A stretch of DNA of 63,629 nt, the filler included, from Craspedostauros australis (lineage: Eukaryota), in the NCBI GenBank assembly GCA_030167865.1. It is 12 parts of 12 records of this genome, joined end to end, with 100 filler letters (N's around TTAATTAATTAA, not from the genome) between each part and the next. Parts side by side here need not be neighbours in the genome. Positions count along the whole stretch, not along the records: positions 30,528 to 56,835 come from JALAGF010004162.1; positions 56,936 to 58,564 come from JALAGF010004164.1; positions 58,665 to 61,276 come from JALAGF010004167.1; positions 61,377 to 63,629 come from JALAGF010004171.1; 8 more parts are not named here. One strand, given 5' to 3'. Positions 55,942 to 63,629 of the stretch are shown one piece after another (the stretch's first letter is position 1; each line of letters opens with the position of its first letter). The position numbers were made by a program, and so were the translations under genes. The notes under the pieces are model-generated. The model did no database searches and was not told the DNA's origin. It was given only the letters and a program-made list of their open reading frames with translations.

Positions 55942-56274
55942 TCACAAATAGCATCGTACCGCAACGAAGCAACAAGCAGATGCGATGTACAATGTCAAGG
56001 CTGTGTTGGCGATGATCGGCGTCCAATCCAACACAACCACCGCCGACGCATCCAAGATCATCGTCGACTGCAGCCGATCGTGCATGATGGTGGAATCCCT
56101 GAACTCGTCACGATACCACATCAATGCGGCACATGCGACGGGATACAGCGCCAGCACGATCGACGTTGCAAAGAACAACGATTGAAGTGCGGTGGCTTGC
56201 GTCGATGTCTTGTCGTGGACGAGCACGACGGCGTCATCCTGTCGGTATAGTCGCATGGGTGACCGTGCTGTCAT
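55942..56274 (-). CDS. Possible small protein with two transmembrane segments
   Basis: 110-aa ORF with two hydrophobic segments and no recognised motif. Confidence 0.35.
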   Translation of the reverse strand: MTARSPMRLYRQDDAVVLVHDKTSTQATALQSLFFATSIVLALYPVACAALMWYRDEFRDSTIMHDRLQSTMILDASAVVVLDWTPIIANTALTLYIASACCFVAVRCYL

Positions 56275-56621
56275 CGTTGTCAGGATGTTGGTCTTGTTTG
56301 TTGGGTTTCATTCCGACTGTCGAAGATGGGAGATGTGGAAGCAACTGCCACACCCATCTCTTTGGTTGGGCAAGAAGAAGCTGTGATGATCGGGAGACGA
56401 TACGTGATGTGTTGTGTGTGTGATGATGTGATTATTGTGATTATCTCCGATCTGGCAGAGGCTGTGACCATGGGTGTGTGCTGCTGCACCGTCTGTCTGC
56501 GACCGTATGCCAACANNNNNNNNNNNNNNNNNNNNNNNNNNNNNNNNNNNNNNNNNNNNNNNNNNNNNNNNNNNNNNNNNNNNNNNNNNNNNNNNNNNNN
56601 NNNNNNNNNNNNNNNNNNNNN

Positions 56622-56835
56622 GAAGTACAGGGCCACAGGCGTCTGTTTCGTGCAAATGTCGGATGCGTTTAGGTCAGAGGCGACCTCTGGGTAGGTGAGC
56701 AGATCCCGCTCAACCCAATCAAGGACTGCGAACTCTCGGATCGCGATGTGACGCGAGTTCCGGGTAGGCTGACTGGCAGAAGCCATCAGCCGCGCGCCGC
56801 GGTTGTCCTCGAATATCATGGTCGCGTACTGCTGT
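56622..56835 (-). mobile_element. Ty1/Copia RNase H C-terminal fragment
   Basis: IFEDNRGA, RNSRHIAIREF, DWVE and NASDICTK. Bounded by N gaps on both sides. Confidence 0.88.
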
Positions 56836-57231
56836 NNNNNNNNNNNNNNNNNNNNNNNNNNNNNNNNNNNNNNNNNNNNTTAATTAATTAANNNNNNNNN
56901 NNNNNNNNNNNNNNNNNNNNNNNNNNNNNNNNNNNGAACCTCCAAGGAGATGATCCATTCAGACACAGCCTGAGGCCACAGGATGCAAGAACGGTGTCAT
57001 ACACGTACACCATGACGTCGAGAAGCAGAGGGCTGCGCGATCGAGAGATTGAGCTGCGATGATTGCAGTCAGATCGATACGTGCAGTGCTGTTGCCCTTC
57101 CAATCACAATACCATACGCACTAGTACGGGCAGCGCGGTAGCAATTATTCAAAGTAGCTTTGGAGTCTCCCGATAGACAATGTCTTCATGTTCGTCTACA
57201 AACGTGCGCGAAGATGGAGATAAGCCCTACT

Positions 57232-58564
57232 CTAGATGTTATCCTGACACAGTTTGATGAGCTCCTCGAAAGGATCTTCGGTACCTGCCGTCCCGCTCAA
57301 TGCGCCCGTCAATGATGCCAGATGCACCGTGTCTATCGGTGCACGGTAGCTTGCCAATGGATCCTGTCGTATCTGCTGGTCCGTCTCAACCACACGAACG
57401 ATGGGGATGTCGGTGGATGTGGACGACATGATGGTGCTGCGGCCTTGGTCGTTCATGGGAGCACTGTTTGGACTGTGTGCATTGTCGGCAGCATTCGAAC
57501 CATCGGCATCCATCGTTCGCAGCTCCTCCCATTCGAAAAGCAGTGAATCTGTCTGATCGGACCATGGATTGAAATCCATCAACCACACGCGGTCCTTCTT
57601 GTCGATGTAGACATCGAATACGTAGTTTTCGATNTTGCGCTGACGATGGTTATTGGTCTCGGCGTTGGCGTCGCTGTTCGTGTCGCTGTTGGTGTCGCTG
57701 CTTTTCCTTTCTTCATCCTCAGGCTCATCCTCAGGCTCATCGCTGTGGGCGTCATTGCCCACTCGTACAACACCGAACACGCTCTGGATGTAATCCTCGA
57801 AGAAATCTTCAATCAGATCAGCAAAATGATCCTGGTCGTTCGCCAAGTGCTTGTAGAATTGAGTGTCATTGCGTTGAGAGATCGCCAGCAATTGATTGCT
57901 CCGAACGAAGCATCGAAACTCCATGCTGGGATACAACGTGCAGAATTTTCGCAGCACGCATTGCAATGGGAATCTGCTGCCATGGCCGTGCTCACTTTGT
58001 CGCTGTTGTTGAGAGAGAAGCTCGACGTCGTGCTGGACGAAGTCGCTGCTCTTCAAGAGCACGTAGATGTCACCTGGTGTTTGGCACTTGAGGCTGCCGC
58101 CGTTCATCCATGTGGCGTCCTTGGGAGATGACCAGTTCAATTTGGGCACTGCGCTGCCACCCAACTCGTCGATTGCATCCTGAAATTGTTGAGTCAGATC
58201 GGGGAAGCTGTAGGGTTGCTGTTGCAGTTGCTGTTGCTCCTGCTGCATGGGCTGTTCTTCAGGATCGGTGTCGGCATCGCCATCGCCACCGTCGGCCTTG
58301 TCTTCGGCGGATGATGCCCAACTATCATTTTCATTTCCCGCAGCACCCGCATCCGGCAGAAAGCTGGACACCTTGGTTGCTTCTGTGGGAAGATTCACGC
58401 CGTCGCTGAGCAGGTACTTCTGGAATTGCGCAGGCGATGCGGGGTACACGATCTTGGAGTTGATCGTCACGTTGACTCGCTTCTTTCCGACACACTTGGA
58501 AAAGATTGGGTACCAACTTGAGAATTGGCAATGCCACAAGTCGGAAGATGGGACGCTCTGGGTA
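57232..58564 (-). CDS. CDC123: Cell division cycle protein 123 (D123, eIF2 assembly ATP-grasp), 5' end missing
   Basis: [55 protein letters not shown] and [10 protein letters not shown]. Confidence 0.93.
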
Positions 58565-59555
58565 NNNNNNNNNNNNNNNNNNNNNNNNNNNNNNNNNNNN
58601 NNNNNNNNTTAATTAATTAANNNNNNNNNNNNNNNNNNNNNNNNNNNNNNNNNNNNNNNNNNNNCTGTTCCGGCAGCACCGCAGCTTCTCGCATGTGGCT
58701 GGCACGGGCAACATCTTCAAGAAGATGTTCCGTCTGTGTCAACTGTCAAGTCCGCGGCAGATGTGCTTGTCCTCGTCGGCATGATGGTGACGTCGATGAC
58801 GTCGATGTTGGTGTTGGTTTGGAGCTGAGCCAACTGAGATGATTGCTCGAAGTGATCTGCTCGCTCGGCACGTCCATCAAGACTCGCCAACGACCAAGCA
58901 GGGGGTGCCAACAGACTTACCACTTGACCGACCAGCCGACATCATCATCATCATCGTCTGCGTGACAGACCATCATGTTGTTGGCAGCCGTCTCCAGCAT
59001 GCCGCGACAACCCGTCAACGCAAAGCAATCATACCAAGTCTTCCATCCTCAAATTAATCACGGCGCTATCGATGGGATCGTTGCGACGCAATGCTGGCAA
59101 AGATTTTGCAGCTGCATCCAGGCTGTGCCGATACGATGTTTCGCTCAGAGCAATTGGTTCGTCGAGTGTGGGGTATCAGCCACCTCCAGCACGCGTAGCA
59201 AGTGATCGAGTGGTGCCGTCGATGTCCCTTGGCTGATTCATATTTCCAAGAGATAAGGTGAGACAAGCCGTCATCGTGCGGCCTTCGTCGGCGAGTGACG
59301 CGCATTTGGGCTGATCCATCCCATTTGTATTGCATGAATAGTATGTCTGATTCAACGCACGCCATACGAGTACGAGAAGAGTCAGAGCGTTGCATAAGCC
59401 CCATGAAAGCTAAACTGCTCAGAACCACATATCCAGTTGATTCTCTCCGTATCACGAAGGAAACCGCAATCATGCACTTCATTTCTACACTGTGGCGGCA
59501 GATCCCAGGATGATGAGAGCGAGTGCGTAGCATTGTGTTGTGATCCATTAGTTAG

Positions 59556-60635
59556 TTACATAGCCGGAGATGTTAATATCCACTTTTCGCCGCCGTCGTC
59601 TTCCACCTGTTCTTCGCCATCTTCGTCAGCATCGTGACCATCATCATCATCATCATCACCAATATTCTGATCTACCAATACTCCGTCATTGATCCGATCA
59701 TCATCATCATGGTCCTCGGTGCTTTCCTGATTCTGATGATGCGAATGATCAGCGCCGTCTTTTATTCGTGCATCCGCCATCTCCTCACCTTCGTTGCCTT
59801 TGTCTTCCTGCTCCTCTTCCTCATCATCGTCGTTGCCGTTTGTGTTGCCGTTTGTGCTGCCATTACCGTTGCCATCACCTGCCATCTCGTCAACTTCGAT
59901 GTCGATGGCAGCCATTCCTTCTGCACCATGATCCTCCGCGGTCGTGTCCGTCCGCATGGCCAAGGCGCGCAATTTCCATGCCTGCTTCTGTTCGGCGTCC
60001 ACTCCCGTCTTCCATTGTCCATCGACGATGCGAATCAGCTGATTGCTGGGCAATTCCGGATTCAGTGCCTTGACTGTTGGATACGTCTCCTCCACGAACA
60101 GCGTGTACGCCGTTTGCTGACGCTTACGTCGATTGGGATTGATCTTGCGCTTCCTGGCCTTGGGTTTGCGACCCCGTTTCTTGCCCTTGTATTTGGGAAC
60201 GCCATTCTCATTGAGGGGTGGCAGTTGAGTTGGATCGATGGCTGCGATGTGGAATGTCGGGGTGGATTACATCGCACATCACGCGTTGGCCATGGTTGTT
60301 TGATTGTTGCAAATGGTGATGAGTGATAAAGGAGTTTGCGGTGCGATGAGAGATCAAACAAATGAGACAAGACGACAACCGCTAATTTCAATGTGTAGCA
60401 AAGACAGGGCTTTGCTTGCCGCAACCCTGCCGGACTCACCGTACTGATCCTGCGCGGCCTGCGTGACACCGAATTGCACCGACAGCATGCGTGCCTGCTC
60501 GTTGAGGCGGTCGGCCTTTTGCTGCGACAGATCGGCCTCCTGCCTCAGATGCCGCACGAGGGCCTTCGTGGCAGAAAAGTTGGGATCATCAGGATCGGAC
60601 AGCAGCTCCACGAACAAGGCGCTGGTGTCGGCCAT
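59556..60635 (-). CDS. HMG-box protein with an N-terminal helical region, an AT-hook-like motif and an acidic tail; exons 60635-60440 and 60241-59556
   Basis: Intron gtgagt...tcgcag (60242-60439) gives QDQY-AIDPTQLPP…KKRGRKPK…KRQQTAYTLFVEETYPTVKALNPEL…WK…QKQAWK, followed by a D/E-rich tail. Confidence 0.85.
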
Positions 60636-60833
60636 TGTGGAATCGTGAGTACTTGCGTGTGCGTACTTGCGTAGAGCAACCTATCCTATCTCAACATGGC
60701 TGTTCGTTGTCGTACTTGATGCAGTCGCCGGAGCACGGATATAATGGACAAGGTGCGACTCGTCTCCCTTTATGACCCAGAGATAATTACAATATAATCG
60801 GTGCTTGCTGCTGCGATCTGTGCCTCCACTGCA

Positions 60834-61276
60834 TCAATCATACTCGCCAAAGAAGGTGTCGACGCAATCACCGTAGACCAAGGGATTCGTCACGAGACCG
60901 TGATGGCCATCACCGACCAGCACCTTCTCACGCACCGAACGGCTCTTGCAAAATAGCGCTTTCCATCCCTCGATGGAGCCCTGCGTGACGATGTCATCCT
61001 CGCCCCGCACGATCATGCAGCTGGGCATCCGTTTGGCCGACTCGGACGGTGGGCTTGCGACGTACCTTGAGACGTCGTCGCTGGTCTTCCAAGATGCAGT
61101 TGCTGCTGCAGATGAAATGACTTCCTCCCGCATCTTCTGCACGTTCGTTGGCGTCGACGACAGAATCACCGATAGGCATCCCTCGTCGTCGTCGTCGTCA
61201 TAAACGTCATCGTCATCTTGTTGTGCGATCTGCTTGAGATATTCAAAGGCCAAGATTCCACCCACGACGCCCTGTC
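60834..61276 (-). CDS. C-terminal part of an alpha/beta hydrolase (proline iminopeptidase-like), 5'-truncated
   Basis: GGILAFEYL, VILSSTP, MIVRGEDDIV and GHHGL follow the order nucleophile elbow, acid, His. Confidence 0.7.
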
Positions 61277-62198
61277 NNNNNNNNNNNNNNNNNNNNNNNN
61301 NNNNNNNNNNNNNNNNNNNNTTAATTAATTAANNNNNNNNNNNNNNNNNNNNNNNNNNNNNNNNNNNNNNNNNNNNATGGGGCGGTACTGGTGCCATCTC
61401 CAAACTGGGATTAGAAGTACGAGGAGAGGTGTGGATCCTACCACATGCCGTAGTCCGACTTTACTACGACCGGCATTACGTACTTCAAGCACACATGGCT
61501 CGCAGCAAGCTGGCGCGACACCTTCCACTCCCAGCTTGTTGGATCTGTCTCGAAGACGTCCCGTTTAATCACTGGTTGCCATCGATACAGTTATGGCAAC
61601 GGGATGAAGAGGGTCCATGCGACTACTCTACGCGATTGTGCAGTTGGCCACGTACCATGCACGTGCCATATGCTGCGGACACGACGCAGCCCACATTGCT
61701 TATTTCGCGAGCTGACTCTCAGAACGGAGGCAAGGCGAGGCGACTAAATGATTCCATGGTTACTCCGCAAGCTATTATACTACCAAAGTATTCGGATGAT
61801 ACAGTGGCCCCAGCATAGCCAAGACTGTTCCACAACGCGGCGATGCATTCACACATCCAGCGATGACCATCGATTCAGGCTCTTGCATGGCAGTGCTCTT
61901 GACGACGGGTTACCGCACCATCTTCGGCATCAATCTTGTACTGATCTCTTCCGCTCAGGCCTTTCGCGGCCACAGTGTGCTACAACACTCGGTAGAATGA
62001 TCTGCGAAACAGTCATGGCACACCTGATAATCAGTGTGAGGCAAGGAGCAAGGAGTGGGCCATGGTATCTGATGGTTCCAACATTGGTTCTGGCCATGAA
62101 TGGTGCGAGGTGTACTCATAATCTCAATCCGAGCACAACTCGCAACAGACACACGCACACACGCACACACCCACAAAACGCAACTACATACGTCCAAC

Positions 62199-63629
62199 AT
62201 GAAATTGACAATCCCAACCAGCCTTCTTGCCGTCGCCTTGGTATCCACCGCCAGCATCAGCGTTGTTTCGGCATTGGCCAACAACGAGCCCTGCGTCACC
62301 AGCCTCGCGCGCATCACCAATGATGGGTGCAACTTTGAGATCGTGGAAGAACTGATCCAGGATTACATCGATGAACAAGGAGATCGCTGCGATGGACGCT
62401 CCGTTGAAAAGGAGCTATCGTTGCTCTTGGGAGTCTCCAAGAACTCAGTCGAGGAGGCCGTCAATGACCTCTGCGACATGGCCTTCGAGGCACACATGTC
62501 GATGGGAGGGAAGACCATCGATTTCATCGACATCACGGAGGAGAACGATGTCTTCGTTGAAGAATTCTTCAACGGTGGCACAACCTGGAACGAGGGCCGA
62601 CAGACCAAGAACAAGGAAGGAAAGAGAGTGTACGATCTGGAAGCCGGCGTCGGGCAGAAGGTCACCGACGTCTTCGAGACGCAGGCACGCAGCAGCGTCA
62701 TCCAATGGCCAACCACTCTCGGTCTTGATATCGAGACATTTGAAGACTGCGAGCTACGTGCTGCCATGTGCTGCTGGGTGCAGGACCGTCAAGCCGGCGA
62801 CGACAACGGCAACTGCGAGACTCCCTACGGAGAGGAGTGCAAGGATGCCGACCCGGACGACAACACCGATATCTGTTACATGGACATGTCCAAGGCTCCC
62901 GTCGCCGCAAGAGTGCAAAGCGGCCTCTCCCTCTTCCCCGGTGACGACGAGGATGGCGAAGGCGATGCTCACTGCCATGGTTTCGCATGGAGCGAGGATG
63001 AGTTTGATCCGACCAACATGTTCCGAGGCAATAACCTCTTCTTCGTCAGCATGTAAGTGTGGCGGCAACATCCTGCGAATCCTGCCACGCTGACTGTATT
63101 GCTATGTACTATTACAGTTTGCCGCATTGAACTCCACCTCCAACTTCACTGCATGCTCTCCATTGACTCGCCCACTCACTCATTCATTTCTTCACTCCCT
63201 TATTCACTTATTCACTCACTTCCTCACTCATATCCCACGCATGCCCATAAAATCCAGGTACGACCACTTGGTGCAGCGTGGATACGTCCGCAACGTCCCG
63301 GGTGCACCCATGTGCGGATGCGTCGAGAAGATGCCCGTTGTGTCCCGTTCCGACTGTACCCAGATTGATGCAGAGCGCATCCGCACCGAGTTTGCCTATT
63401 CCGCAGGCGAAGGCTTCACAGCGACTGTGTCGGATGTTCAGATTGAATTCAACTCCTGCGAGGGTATCGATACGGACAACGACCTGCGTGATCACTATCG
63501 CTTGTTGCGCCGCCAGGGCGTGGTGTCCAACAACGAGTTCTCCAAGCTCAAGAAGCGCCTCGTTGGCGAAGACGGATGCGACAACGCCATCCAAGAGATC
63601 GTCAGCCAGAAGCTGAACGGACGTCGTCT
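62199..63629 (+). CDS. Secreted Cys-rich acidic protein of unknown function; exons 62199-63052 and 63258->63629 (runs off the window)
   Basis: Signal peptide MKLTIPTSLLAVALVSTASISVVSA. Motifs AAMCCWVQDRQ, NTDICY and HCHGFAW. Intron gtaagt...tccag (63053-63257) joins FVSM-YDHL…NVPGAPMCGCVEKMPVVSRSDC. Confidence 0.88.

Noticed and set aside
58665..58790. Missing 5' end of CDC123 (MREAAVLPEQ)
   Set aside because: Plausible, but separated by a linker and without diagnostic motifs, so it cannot be supported.

Overview
Eukaryotic, intron-containing genomic DNA, most consistent with a pennate diatom (inferred from gene families, GT-AG introns of 140-300 nt, an ASAFAP-like plastid presequence, and Copia and RT-RNase H non-LTR elements). 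The window is 12 contigs joined by artificial 100-nt N...TTAATTAATTAA...N linkers, so adjacency across linkers is unreliable, and three segments are redundant overlaps. The first ~28 kb is repeat-rich: Copia RT fragments, an intact non-LTR RT-RNase H ORF, two CACATC-based tandem arrays, CpG-decayed ORFs bracketed by a diverged ~115-bp inverted repeat, a kinase-less AAA/STAND-type ATPase and a plastid-targeted protein. The remainder is gene-dense: a GT34-like glycosyltransferase-sulfotransferase fusion, a Na+/H+ exchanger, a WBP4-like U1 zinc-finger protein, TSR2, a fatty acid elongase, a stand-alone fatty acyl-AMP ligase, a mitochondrial citrate-type carrier, a TLDc protein, CDC123, an AT-hook/HMG-box protein, a partial alpha/beta hydrolase and a secreted Cys-rich protein. 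The best leads are the GT-sulfotransferase fusion, a possible ELO-FAAL-carrier lipid cluster, the inverted-repeat-bounded decayed element and a long unexplained region inside the Copia pol. All calls were made by eye from motifs; no searches were run.
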